From: an uncultured Gammaproteobacteria bacterium
Lineage (GTDB): Bacteria; Patescibacteriota; Patescibacteriia; VMEV01; CAYQCH01
Length of the DNA stretch: 62,758 nt
Assembly (NCBI GenBank): GCA_964352335.1
Contig: CAYGRO010000008.1
Location: 1-62,758 of the forward strand
Direction of reading: 5' to 3'
The position numbers and the translations under genes are program-made. The first letter of the stretch is position 1. Every line of letters starts with the position of its first letter. This document shows, one piece after another, positions 27,208 through 37,005 of the stretch. A model generated the notes under the pieces. The model was not told the origin of the DNA. It ran no database searches and was given only the letters and a program-made list of their open reading frames with translations.

Positions 27208-29529
27208 TTAAGGCGTGGAAACGCCGTACTGTGTGGGACCGCCGCCGCTTCGACCGAGGTTGTAGGGCAGCAGAGCGCTAGTCGTGTCCGTGAAGGAGTG
27301 GTAGTACTTCGAGCTCACGCTGGGGCTCGAGACCTTCATGTCGACGACTTGCCGACCGACAGCCAGAGACACGTAGCTCGTAGCAGTCACGGAGACTGTC
27401 TTGGTAGCTCCACCATCGAACGGGATGATACGGAATTCCGCACCAGCTCCGCCCTGAACACCGAGAACGAATGCATTCATCCCAGGAGCACGGACCATCT
27501 CAACACCAAACTGATTGGTGCCAAGCGCCACACTCCCAAGGAAGTTGTAGCCGTTTGCGGGGTCATGGAAGGTATAGGAGCTCTCTCCTTGACGGATCAC
27601 CACAACGCGCAAGTCGTTGTTTTGGTCGCGGTATCCTTGAACACCGAGAACCTTGTTGGTACTTCCACCAGTAGTCTGTCGGGTTCCGACCTGCGGAGAC
27701 ACTCCCGTGCCGATGACGTAGACCCGGTGATCAGTGCCAGGACCAACCACACTCTGACCAGCCATCTCGACCCGGTACACGCTGTTCTCGAAGTCGAGGT
27801 ACATGCACGTAGCCTGAGGGGCGAACTGACCGAGGTCGGTCACGCTGTACACGCCGTTGTCCAGGCGAACCTGGAACAGTTTGCGCACCGTGCCACCAGC
27901 AACGATGAGGGCGTACTCGACGCCATCGGCGATGACCGTGTGGAGACCACAGACGTTCGCACTGCCAGCAGGAAGCTGCTGAGTAGCGACGTTGAAGTGG
28001 ACCTGAGTCTGGACCTGAGTCATGTCGTGGTTGAGCATCCACAGACGGTAGAAGCCCGAGGGCTCCTGCGTCAGGAATACCGGCCGACCGTTCTTGGTCG
28101 TCGTCATGAGCGAAGGCGACTGGTTCGTAGCCGGCGACGTGTTGATGTTGGTGCTAACCGCAGCCACACCTCCAGTCGCATCGACCTTGAACAGGTGAAC
28201 CTGGAACCCGGTGAAACCGAGACCCCAGACCGTCTTGCCGTCGTTCATGGCAGCGAACGAGCTTGCGGCAGCCCACTTGTGGCCGATCCCGGCGTAGATC
28301 TGGCGAAGGTTGTTCGCCTGACCGACAGCGTTGAGATCGTAACCCTGCATAGTGCCGTCGAAGTTGGTCGTCGTGTCGTCACCACCGTGCACCACCGTGC
28401 TACCGGTAGCGTGCGCATACTTGAGCGTCGGACCGACTCCTGTGACCTGAGCCTGCTCGAGCATGACCGTCGGGTTGTTCTTGTCGTACGCAGCCAGCGT
28501 GACAGAGAACGTCCCGGGGGTGCCCATCTTCGGGGCGTGGAACAGCAGGTGTCCGTCGTCGTTGATCATGACGGGGTACTCGACCCCGTTGACCCGCGCC
28601 TTCAGAATCCTGTTGACCATGTCCTTCTTGAAGTTGAGCCCACGGAGCTCGATCAGCTCGTTGCTCACTACCGTGAACACGTTTGCCTCAGTCTCGTTCC
28701 CGACGAGCGGGATACCGAGATTGGCCGCACCGATGATGGTGAGCGGATTGCTCACCGGCGGGTTGGTGCTGTTCACCGTCACCGTCGCAGTCGCGGTTCC
28801 GACGTTGCCGTCGGAGTCCGTGAGCGTCAGCTTGACGTTGAACGTGCCAACCGAGGTGTAGCTGTGGGTCGCCGAACCGCTGGTAGTGCTCTCGTTGGCG
28901 CCGTCGCCCCAGTCAATGAGACCGGAAACGTTGGAGCTGTCCGAGTCGTCGACCGTCCACGAAGCCGTGGTGGTCAGCGATCCAGTACCGCTGGTCACGC
29001 TCAGACCGAAGTTCTGGGCCTGCGGGTTGTCCTGCACCGTGATGGTGTACTCAGGAAACTCTGCGGACCCAGCTTGTCCGGTGACTCGGAAGACGTACTT
29101 GTACGCCCCCCCTTCGTTCGGCTTGTCCCACGTGATCTTCACGTTGAACAGGCGCGTCGCGGTCGATCCCGGAGAACCGGGAACCGTGATGCCCGCAGCG
29201 GTCGACTCCGTGACAGTGATCTGGAAGTCACCGGAGTTGAGCTGGGTGGGGTTGTTGCTGTTCTGGATGATCGAGACCATCCCAGCGTTGAGCGTTTCGG
29301 CCGAGTCCATCTCGACCTGGAACGTGACCTCGACCCCCTTGGGGGTACTCGAGGACACAACCGTGTCCTGGACCGAGCCTACCGCCTTGGGCTTGGTGGT
29401 GTTGCTGGGCGAAGTGCCCCCTCCACCACCACCTCCGCCACCGCCGCAACCTGCGGCGAAACTGGCGAGACCCATCACTACCGCGATGGATCCGATGGAC
29501 CAAAAGGCCCCACTCTTCTGACTCTTCAT
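27208..29529 (-). CDS. PKD-domain lipoprotein (GC-rich cassette H)
   Basis: 773-aa high-GC ORF. Start at MKSQKSG with the SD aggag. It has the lipobox LASFAAGC followed by Gly10, the PKD signature IDWGDG..THSYTSVGTFNVKLTLTDSDG, and a beta-rich C-terminal part. Confidence 0.8.
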   Translation of the reverse strand: MKSQKSGAFWSIGSIAVVMGLASFAAGCGGGGGGGGGGTSPSNTTKPKAVGSVQDTVVSSSTPKGVEVTFQVEMDSAETLNAGMVSIIQNSNNPTQLNSGDFQITVTESTAAGITVPGSPGSTATRLFNVKITWDKPNEGGAYKYVFRVTGQAGSAEFPEYTITVQDNPQAQNFGLSVTSGTGSLTTTASWTVDDSDSSNVSGLIDWGDGANESTTSGSATHSYTSVGTFNVKLTLTDSDGNVGTATATVTVNSTNPPVSNPLTIIGAANLGIPLVGNETEANVFTVVSNELIELRGLNFKKDMVNRILKARVNGVEYPVMINDDGHLLFHAPKMGTPGTFSVTLAAYDKNNPTVMLEQAQVTGVGPTLKYAHATGSTVVHGGDDTTTNFDGTMQGYDLNAVGQANNLRQIYAGIGHKWAAASSFAAMNDGKTVWGLGFTGFQVHLFKVDATGGVAAVSTNINTSPATNQSPSLMTTTKNGRPVFLTQEPSGFYRLWMLNHDMTQVQTQVHFNVATQQLPAGSANVCGLHTVIADGVEYALIVAGGTVRKLFQVRLDNGVYSVTDLGQFAPQATCMYLDFENSVYRVEMAGQSVVGPGTDHRVYVIGTGVSPQVGTRQTTGGSTNKVLGVQGYRDQNNDLRVVVIRQGESSYTFHDPANGYNFLGSVALGTNQFGVEMVRAPGMNAFVLGVQGGAGAEFRIIPFDGGATKTVSVTATSYVSLAVGRQVVDMKVSSPSVSSKYYHSFTDTTSALLPYNLGRSGGGPTQYGVSTP

Positions 29530-30055
29530 TTCAATCTCCTGTGACCTTCCGGTCGGATCCACGCGTTTACGGCGCTCGGCAGGGAGGAACATCCTCCCCT
29601 TCACCATCTTTAATTTTAAGGAACTTAATAACGTGATATACACGCGTCCACCCTATAGTGTACTCCATTTTAGGGATTTCGACACGGCAATCAGATCACA
29701 ATAGTATATTTTCGATGTTTTGTCAATATTTTAAGGCTAAAATTAGCACTGAATTTAAACGAACCTCCTTCCACTAAAGTAAAGCCTGTTTTTTGACTAA
29801 AGTTAGTACAAAACTGAGTGTTTCTTGTCGTCAAATAAAGACAACAGTAATAATAGGACAAAAAACCTCCTGATATCGTCAAATCCCAAGCCCTTTCTAT
29901 CAAAAATGTATACTGAATAACTGTGGATAAACTGCATATAATAACTGAATTATTTTTCACATCATCAAAGAGAATCTTTTTGTTGTCGAATTGTATGAAC
30001 TTTATTAAACTGTAATTTACAAAGTTAAAAAATAAATAACTAACTTATTCAAGCT

Positions 30056-30994
30056 ATGGAAGATGTACATAAAATGATTATCATCGGATCTGGACCTTCT
30101 GGATTAACTGCAGCAATTTATGCGGCTCGAGCAGAATTAAAACCAATCGTTCTTGCGGGTAAAGCACCTGGAGGACAGTTAATGATGACAACCGAAGTAG
30201 AAAACTTCCCTGGATTCATCGACGGGATTATGGGGCCAGACTTAATGACCAATATGATTAAGCAAGCTCAACGATTTGGTACCGAGCTTGTTTATGAACA
30301 AGCAGTCTCAGTAGACTTTAGCTCTTCCCCATTAAAAGTATCGACAGAAAATAATGACTACCTAGCTGAAACAATTGTTATCGCTTCTGGGGCCGATGCT
30401 AAATGGTTGGGATTAGAAAATGAAACACGACTTCGTGGAAAAGGAATTTCTACCTGTGCCACTTGTGATGGAGCATTCTTTAAAGAGAAAAAAGTTTTTG
30501 TTGTTGGCGCAGGTGACTCAGCTATGGAAGAAGCAGACTTTCTTACAAAATTTGCAAGCCATGTAACAATTCTTGTTCGTGGAGATAAAGATTCTATGAA
30601 AGCTTCTAAAATCATGCAACAACGTGCGCTTAATAATGCAAAAATTGATTTTCTTTTTCACACAGAAGTTAAAGATGTTTTAGGTGCAGAAAAAGTAGAA
30701 GGACTTCAATTGTTTAATAATGAAACTAATGAAGTAAAAGAAGTTGAGGCAGATGCATTATTTGTCGCAATTGGACATAAGCCAAATACAGAAATTTTTG
30801 ATGGAAAACTTTCTATGGACGAAATTGGCTACCTAGAAAAAACGGATCCTCGTTCTACAGCTACTCAAATTGAAGGTGTCTTTATGGCTGGTGACGTACA
30901 TGACAAAAGATATCGACAGGCAATTACTGCCGCTGGTCTTGGTTGTATGGCAGCATTGGATGCAGAGAAGTATTTGGCAGCAAAAGAATCATAA
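30056..30994 (+). CDS. trxB: thioredoxin-disulfide reductase
   Basis: 312-aa ORF with the FAD motif GSGPSGLTAAIYAARA and the redox centre CATCDG. Confidence 0.93.
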   Translation: MEDVHKMIIIGSGPSGLTAAIYAARAELKPIVLAGKAPGGQLMMTTEVENFPGFIDGIMGPDLMTNMIKQAQRFGTELVYEQAVSVDFSSSPLKVSTENNDYLAETIVIASGADAKWLGLENETRLRGKGISTCATCDGAFFKEKKVFVVGAGDSAMEEADFLTKFASHVTILVRGDKDSMKASKIMQQRALNNAKIDFLFHTEVKDVLGAEKVEGLQLFNNETNEVKEVEADALFVAIGHKPNTEIFDGKLSMDEIGYLEKTDPRSTATQIEGVFMAGDVHDKRYRQAITAAGLGCMAALDAEKYLAAKES

Positions 30995-31078
30995 AAAAAA
31001 TTGCAAAGCTATAAAAATAACAAAACTGCAAAATAGTATTTTGCAGTTTTGTTTATTTGCAAGTTTGCAACATTCCAC

Positions 31079-31549
31079 TTACCGATTTACCGTAATTGTT
31101 TCTACTAATTCTGGGTCGCAGGCACCGACAAAAATTTTCCCGCTCGAATTTACATTTACATAATAGTCTGTATTTGCTGGAGAACCAGAAGAAGGATCTG
31201 TTGGGATTTCTTCTAAGTAAGCATCAACTAAATCGTCTTTTAAATCTAAACACTCAATTTCTGCACGTGCCGCTCCACAAGTAAGATCACAACCAGTGCT
31301 ACCACTCCCTAGAACTTGAATTGTTTCAGGGTTTGAATCAATACCAGAAGGCAATTGATTGTCATTCATTGTTTTATATTTGAGTACACCATTTAAAATA
31401 GCAACTACCTCTGAACGACGAATATTATCACGATCTTGTGAGACTCGAGTAAATGGGTCTACAGCAATCCAAATAATTGATCCTAAGATAAGGAGAAGAA
31501 CAATAATGATAAGCACTTCTATTTTTGTAAAACCTTTTTGATTTTTCAT
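31079..31549 (-). CDS. type IV pilin / pseudopilin with prepilin-type N-terminal methylation motif
   Basis: N-terminus MKNQKGFTKIEVLIIIVLLLILG fits the G/FTxxE class III signal. Confidence 0.8.
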   Translation of the reverse strand: MKNQKGFTKIEVLIIIVLLLILGSIIWIAVDPFTRVSQDRDNIRRSEVVAILNGVLKYKTMNDNQLPSGIDSNPETIQVLGSGSTGCDLTCGAARAEIECLDLKDDLVDAYLEEIPTDPSSGSPANTDYYVNVNSSGKIFVGACDPELVETITVNR

Positions 31550-31610
31550 AGCTCCACTTTATAAATTGATAATGTAATAATACCGTCAATTCTTAAACCA
31601 TGCAAACAAT

Positions 31611-32633
31611 CTATTCAATAATTGCACCTAGTGCAGGAATAAGTTGATGGTATTTTTTTATTTCTAATGCAGGAAAGAACTGTGCCCAACTTCTTGAGAC
31701 ACGTAAGTCTAAATTTAATTGAGTAGAAAAATATTCTCCCACCCCAGGAATAAGTGACCCTTCCCCACAAATAAGTAATGCCAAGTTTTTATCATGATGA
31801 AGTGAGCTTAATGTTTTTAATTGCCTGGCGTCCTGTGTCATTTCTTTTAACCAGTTATGAAAAACTTGTTTAATAACTTTTTCTTGCTTGCTTCCATGAA
31901 TGCGCGATCCAAAATGCTGTAAAACAAGTCCAACTTGTTCTAAGGTTAAACCTGCTTTAATTTGTAATGCCTGCACAAGCTGATTCACACCAGAGGCAAT
32001 TGTTTCTGATTGATAAATTCCATAGGCGTCCATCAAGGCAAAGTCTGTTTGATCTTGACCTAAATGAATCCAAAGCAATGGCTCAGCACTTTTCCCTCCC
32101 ATAAAATAAAAGGCGCTGGCTGCTTGTGCTGAACTAGAATAAGTTTGAATTGTTAAACCTATTTCTTTGCAAGCATCAAAGTATCGTTGATAATCTTTTT
32201 CGGCAAAAGAATACGAGCTATGTACCCAAGTAGATAGGTCTTGATCCATTGAACCATGCATTTTTCTTGTTTCAACTTGTCGATGGATAAGATTTAACAT
32301 TGCTTGATTAAAAATAGCAGGGGAAAAATCTGTATTTGGTGTTTTTACTGTAGCGATATGGTGCTGAACCAATTCTTCTGGAAGAACAAAATGGCAGTTT
32401 GATTCTGTAAATACCCCATGACTAGGGTTTTTGAGTAATTCTTGTAAGGCTTGTTCAAAAAGGCGTGGTTTAATCAGTTTTCCTTTTTGAATAATTCCTT
32501 TTTCCAAAGAAATGGCTGACCAAGCCTTTAAGGAAACTTCTGTATGGACTCGCTTCCCCCTTTGGACAGCGAAAATACTGTCATCTCTGACAGCAATGGC
32601 TAAACGAGCAGAATTTGAACGTTTTTTAAACAT
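31611..32633 (-). CDS. PilM-like pilus assembly protein (actin-like ATPase fold)
   Basis: 340-aa ORF adjacent to the pilin gene, with the loose PilM layout (LAIAVRDDSI..., LLICGEGSLIPGVGEYF). Start set at MFKKRSN. Confidence 0.45.
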   Translation of the reverse strand: MFKKRSNSARLAIAVRDDSIFAVQRGKRVHTEVSLKAWSAISLEKGIIQKGKLIKPRLFEQALQELLKNPSHGVFTESNCHFVLPEELVQHHIATVKTPNTDFSPAIFNQAMLNLIHRQVETRKMHGSMDQDLSTWVHSSYSFAEKDYQRYFDACKEIGLTIQTYSSSAQAASAFYFMGGKSAEPLLWIHLGQDQTDFALMDAYGIYQSETIASGVNQLVQALQIKAGLTLEQVGLVLQHFGSRIHGSKQEKVIKQVFHNWLKEMTQDARQLKTLSSLHHDKNLALLICGEGSLIPGVGEYFSTQLNLDLRVSRSWAQFFPALEIKKYHQLIPALGAIIE

Positions 32634-32708
32634 GGGATAAGTATAACATAGAACCCTTATCAAAATAGAAGAGAATTGTTATACTGTGAATAATTGATAC
32701 ACAGAAAA

Positions 32709-35444
32709 ATGCATTTAGAAAAAATTGAAATTCAAGGATTTAAATCGTTCGCAGACCGGACGATTTTAGAATTCCCAAAACCAACAAAAAACCGAAATAG
32801 TGTGACTATTGTTGTTGGACCAAATGGATCTGGTAAATCAAATATTGCTGATGCCATCAAATGGGTATTGGGAGAACAAAGTATGAAAAGCGTCCGTGGA
32901 AAAAAATCCGAGGATGTTATTTTTTCTGGTTCCGAAAAACGTGGTCGTGTTGGATTTGCTGAAGTTTCTCTCTATTTAGATAATAAAGATAAAACAGTTG
33001 ATATTGAATATGACGAACTCATTTTAACTCGTCGCTTATATAGAGATGGAAATTCTGAATATTTAATTAATAAAAACCCGGTTCGATTATTAGATCTACA
33101 GCTCCTTTTAGCAAAAGCCCGATTTGGGGCAAAAAGTTTTTCTATTATTAGCCAAGGAATGATTGACTCTGTATTGCTCTCTACCCCATTAGAACGAAAA
33201 GCTTTTTTTGACGAAGCCGTTGGAGTAAAAGAACATCAAATCAAAAGACATCAATCTTTAAATAAATTAGAACGGTCAGAAGAAAACTTGCACCAAGCAG
33301 GTTTATTATTAAAAGAAATTTCTCCTCAATTGCGATCTTTAACAAGACAAGTACAAAAACTAGAACAAAGAGAAGAAATTCAAGCTGGTTTACGAAATTA
33401 TCAACAAGAATACTACCACCGAATTTGGACACAATTACAAAAAAGCCAAAAAGACCAAAGTGGTATTATTGCAGAACTTCAAACACAGTTAAATGAATTG
33501 AATGCTCAATTAAAAGAAAAACGCATTCAATTAGAAGAAATTGAAAAGTCAGAAAGTCGTTCATCGCTTTTTAATGAATTACAACAAAAACTCCAAGATA
33601 AAAACCAAGAAAGAAATCGTCTTTTACGAGAAATGACTGTTTTAAAAGGACGACTCGAAGTAGATTTAGAAAAACAAGGTCAATTAAATTTAGCTTGGCT
33701 GTATAGACAAGAAGAAGAGGTTACTTCTCGATTGAGTGAAGTTCAAAAAGAATTGGATTTATTAAAACAAGAACATACTTCTCTTGCTGACGAAAAGAAC
33801 ATTAAATCAGATCAATTAAACGTGCTTACGAAAACAATTTCTGAACAAAGCCAAAAAATTGATCGACTCAAAACTGATTTAGAACAAGCCGCAACCAAAG
33901 GACCACTTACTTTGATTGGAAAGCGATTGAAAGAACTCTATATGCTCTTTCAAAGGTTTGGTGCCAAATTACAAAAAGCATCTGCCGAAGATTTAGACGG
34001 ACTCAAAAGCCAAAGTGAACAAATGCAAGCTCAATTAAATGAGTTAAGTGATCTTGTAGCTCGAGAATTAGATGGAGTGCAAAAAGAAGCTGATGTAAAT
34101 ATTTCTGAATCACAAGAACTGTGGAACTTACAACAGGAATTAACCACACTTACGGAACAACACGAAAAACTTGCTCCAGAAATTTCTCAATTGCAAGTTC
34201 AGGTTCAAGTATTAGAAGAAAAACTACGCCTAAAAGAGCGAGACAATGAACAATTACAATCTGAGCTTGGTAGAATTAAAAATGACCTGTCTACACAAAA
34301 AGCGGCCAAAGACGGGAAACTCGATGAAAACAAATTAATGGCTGACCAAGAAAAGCTCCAAACAAGTATCAATGCTATTGATACTGAATTAAAAGTGATC
34401 CAAGAAAAAGTTGGAAAATTCAATTCAGAAGAAGAACAAAAGAAAAGCCGAGTTTTCCAATTAGAACGTGAATATCAAACGGTGCAACAACAAGTTAATA
34501 CCGTTCAAAATAAACAACATACTATTCAAGTAGAATTAGCTCGAACCGAAACAAAATTAGAAGAGTTAACAAGAGAAATCGTTAAAGAATTAGACGAAAT
34601 TACCGTTGTTACAAATCGCCCAGATAAAACTGATACCGATTTAGAAAGCCTCCCTACCGAAAGACTTTTCTCTCAAATTGAGAAATACAAATATCAATTG
34701 GAACTTATTGGAGGTATTGACCCAGAAACAGTGACAGAATACGAAGAAGTGAAAAAACGTCATGACTTTTTGAGCGAACAAATTTCTGATCTAGATAAAA
34801 CTATTTCTCATTTAGAAGAAGTGATTCAAGAATTAGATAAAACCATTGTTAAACAATTCGATTCTGCCTTTAGTAAAATCAATAAAGAGTTTGAACGTTA
34901 TTTCCAAATCCTTTTTGGAGGTGGACGTGCTAAATTGATTAAAATTTTGCCAGACGACGAAAACACATCTGATCAAAAAGAAGAAGGTGATGAAGAAAAT
35001 CCTGAGCAAGCAAATGTTGAGGAATTATTGAATGATCCAAACAATATTAAAAAGAAAACCAAAAAATATCGACGAAGTGATATTAAGGGAATCGATATTT
35101 ATGCATCTCCTGCTGGGAAAAAACTTTCTACCATTGCCATGCTTTCTGGTGGAGAACGATCATTAACATCTTTGGCATTAATCGCAGCCATTATTCATAA
35201 TAACCCTTCCCCATTTGTTTTAATGGACGAAGTTGATGCCGCTTTGGATGAAGCCAACTCTGTAAGAATGGCGAGAGTACTAGAAGACCTTGCTTCTCTT
35301 ACTCAGTTTGTGATCATTACACATAATCGAACTATCATGAATATTTCTGATATGATTTATGGAGTAACCATGAAAAATGATGGTGTGTCTAAATTATTAT
35401 CTGTAAAATTGGAAGAGCTTGATAAACATAGTACTCGGTTGTAA
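32709..35444 (+). CDS. smc: chromosome segregation protein SMC (short form, 911 aa)
   Basis: N-terminus MHLEKIEIQGFKSFAD with the Walker A GPNGSGKSN, a long coiled coil, the signature LSGGERSLTSLA and the Walker B FVLMDEVDAALD. Confidence 0.9.
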   Translation: MHLEKIEIQGFKSFADRTILEFPKPTKNRNSVTIVVGPNGSGKSNIADAIKWVLGEQSMKSVRGKKSEDVIFSGSEKRGRVGFAEVSLYLDNKDKTVDIEYDELILTRRLYRDGNSEYLINKNPVRLLDLQLLLAKARFGAKSFSIISQGMIDSVLLSTPLERKAFFDEAVGVKEHQIKRHQSLNKLERSEENLHQAGLLLKEISPQLRSLTRQVQKLEQREEIQAGLRNYQQEYYHRIWTQLQKSQKDQSGIIAELQTQLNELNAQLKEKRIQLEEIEKSESRSSLFNELQQKLQDKNQERNRLLREMTVLKGRLEVDLEKQGQLNLAWLYRQEEEVTSRLSEVQKELDLLKQEHTSLADEKNIKSDQLNVLTKTISEQSQKIDRLKTDLEQAATKGPLTLIGKRLKELYMLFQRFGAKLQKASAEDLDGLKSQSEQMQAQLNELSDLVARELDGVQKEADVNISESQELWNLQQELTTLTEQHEKLAPEISQLQVQVQVLEEKLRLKERDNEQLQSELGRIKNDLSTQKAAKDGKLDENKLMADQEKLQTSINAIDTELKVIQEKVGKFNSEEEQKKSRVFQLEREYQTVQQQVNTVQNKQHTIQVELARTETKLEELTREIVKELDEITVVTNRPDKTDTDLESLPTERLFSQIEKYKYQLELIGGIDPETVTEYEEVKKRHDFLSEQISDLDKTISHLEEVIQELDKTIVKQFDSAFSKINKEFERYFQILFGGGRAKLIKILPDDENTSDQKEEGDEENPEQANVEELLNDPNNIKKKTKKYRRSDIKGIDIYASPAGKKLSTIAMLSGGERSLTSLALIAAIIHNNPSPFVLMDEVDAALDEANSVRMARVLEDLASLTQFVIITHNRTIMNISDMIYGVTMKNDGVSKLLSVKLEELDKHSTRL

Positions 35445-35465
35445 AAAATTTGTTTAAAAAATTGA

Positions 35466-35503
35466 AGAGGCCCCGAGCAGTTTCCTGCTGGGGCCTCTTT
35501 GGT
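35466..35503. terminator. Bidirectional hairpin terminator between smc and cassette I
   Basis: Stem agaggcccc(g)agcag/ctgctggggcctct, followed by a T-run. Confidence 0.6.
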
Positions 35504-35531
35504 TGTTCTCTGGAGATGAGAGAACGCGTGG

Positions 35532-36119
35532 CTACACGACGGAGGAGATCTCCTTGCCCTCGATGAGCCAGGGGATGAGCTCCTCGCCGATGATCGCGAT
35601 CGCCTCGGCCGTTGCCTGTTCAGGGTTGTAGTGATGGTACTCGAACTCGAAGAGGTTGTTGAGGACGGTCTCCTTGAAGATGAACTTGTCCTGGAGGTTG
35701 TAGCACTCCTTGAAGCAGCGCGCCAACTTCCAGCCGCCATGCCACTGGGAAGCGCGAGTGCTGATGGAATTCCACAACCCCTCGTTGAACTTGGTCTCGG
35801 CCGAGCGAGCGATACCGAAGAGGACATGCCTCCCAAGATCGCTTTCGGGGTTGGACGCCTCCCACTGTAGGAGCAACCGCTTTGCGATGATGAGCATGAT
35901 GCGACGGATCGCGTCATGCCCCGGGTCAAGGCCCTTGATGACGTCACCGATGACGGCCAATGGCATATGAGCGAGGGCCTTCTCGAGTAACCGTACCCCC
36001 AGGCACTCCTGAGCTGGACGGAAGCCGAAGTAAGCGGCGAGCCAGACCTTGTTGAGGTCGACCTCCCCCTTCTCGAGCTTCGTCCCGATATCCTCACCAG
36101 TCATTTCGATCAAAACCAT
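35532..36119 (-). CDS. hypothetical protein (GC-rich cassette I)
   Basis: 195-aa high-GC, helix-rich ORF with the SD ggagg. No family recognised. Confidence 0.7.
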   Translation of the reverse strand: MVLIEMTGEDIGTKLEKGEVDLNKVWLAAYFGFRPAQECLGVRLLEKALAHMPLAVIGDVIKGLDPGHDAIRRIMLIIAKRLLLQWEASNPESDLGRHVLFGIARSAETKFNEGLWNSISTRASQWHGGWKLARCFKECYNLQDKFIFKETVLNNLFEFEYHHYNPEQATAEAIAIIGEELIPWLIEGKEISSVV

Positions 36120-36166
36120 GAAACACCTCCAAATGGACGTTCTCAGCCAAATTTAGCTGACGAGTT

Positions 36167-36231
36167 TTTATAGCAGTAATTTCACTCATTGTCAACCATT
36201 TATTGACAATATCGCCCTAAAATGATTAAAT
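36167..36231. promoter_or_regulatory. Back-to-back divergent promoters (cassette I and rpsP) sharing a TTGTCAA-N7-TTGACAA inverted repeat
   Basis: Minus strand: TTGACA, 17-nt spacer, TATAAA (36167-36195). Plus strand: TTGACA, 17-nt spacer, TTAAAT (36203-36231). Confidence 0.5.
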
Positions 36232-36346
36232 ACTGCTACTCACATTTCCCTGCTAGTTACAGGGATTTTGGCCTAAAAACCGTCATTGGCCGAGTAACCG
36301 CGCTTCTCACTTTAAGAAGAAGGGCGGATTCTAATAGTAGAATGCT

Positions 36347-36775
36347 ATGTTAAGAATTAAATTATCTCGACGAGGTAAAAAGAAACAGCCTATTTTTCGA
36401 ATCCTAGTGATCGAAAAACAAAAAGATCCATGGGGAGATTTTCTTGAAAACGTAGGAACTTATAACCCACGTTTAACAGAAAATGCAGTGACTTTAAAAG
36501 AAGACCGTGTTAAACACTGGCTTTCTGTAGGAGCACAACCAACCCCAACCGTTCATAACCTTTTAGTAGACGCTGGAATTATTACTGAAAAGAAAGTACG
36601 TGGTTCAAATTTAGGATCAGCGTATAAGAAAAAGGTAAAAGACGAAGCTGAAAAAGTGAAAGAAGAAGCATTAGCAGAAAAAGAAGCAGCTGCTGCAGCC
36701 AAAGCTGAAGCAGAAGCTCCAAAAGAGGAAGCCCCTGCTGAAGAAGCTCCAGCGGAAGAAAAGAAAGCTGAGTAA
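36347..36775 (+). CDS. rpsP: 30S ribosomal protein S16 with Ala/Glu/Lys-rich C-terminal extension
   Basis: N-terminus MLRIKLSRRGKKKQPIFRILV. The 142-aa length comes from a low-complexity tail. Confidence 0.9.
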   Translation: MLRIKLSRRGKKKQPIFRILVIEKQKDPWGDFLENVGTYNPRLTENAVTLKEDRVKHWLSVGAQPTPTVHNLLVDAGIITEKKVRGSNLGSAYKKKVKDEAEKVKEEALAEKEAAAAAKAEAEAPKEEAPAEEAPAEEKKAE

Positions 36776-36787
36776 TAATCGCAAATT

Positions 36788-36822
36788 AAAACAACCTCGC
36801 TTATAGCGGGGTTGTTTTTTTG
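36788..36822 (+). terminator. rpsP terminator
   Basis: 11-bp stem aacaacctcgc/gcggggttgtt, followed by ttttt. Confidence 0.65.
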
Positions 36823-36827
36823 TTCCT

Positions 36828-36977
36828 GAACCCTCCCGCCCTACCTGCGCTGAAGCTACGGCAGGGCACCCTCCCTTTTCAAGAGAGGGGAAGCTACATG
36901 ACGGTATGTTTTTTCCTCCCTAGGAAGGAGAGCCTGCCTGCCGACAGGCAGGGATGTCTGATAGGACAGGAGGGTTC
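36828..36977. repeat. MITE-like nested-palindrome element, family 1, copy 3
   Basis: Same termini and module order as 1115-1247. The palindrome cctgcctgccgacaggcagg lies at 36933-36952. Confidence 0.75.
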
Positions 36978-37005
36978 CTGTGACGAAAAGAAAAGCCGGG
37001 GCCCC

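Noticed and set aside
27157-29544. 795-aa plus-strand ORF, the longest plus-strand ORF in this region
   Set aside because: It lies antisense to the PKD lipoprotein gene in a high-GC segment. Its translation is Arg/His/Val/Asp-rich low-complexity sequence with no SD or recognisable motif. The minus-strand frame has a lipobox, a PKD signature and an SD, so this is a shadow ORF.
29691-29960. 89-aa minus-strand ORF in the 400-bp AT-rich spacer upstream of trxB
   Set aside because: It has no SD and a Cys/Tyr/Phe-rich improbable sequence. The region more likely holds the divergent promoters of trxB and cassette H.
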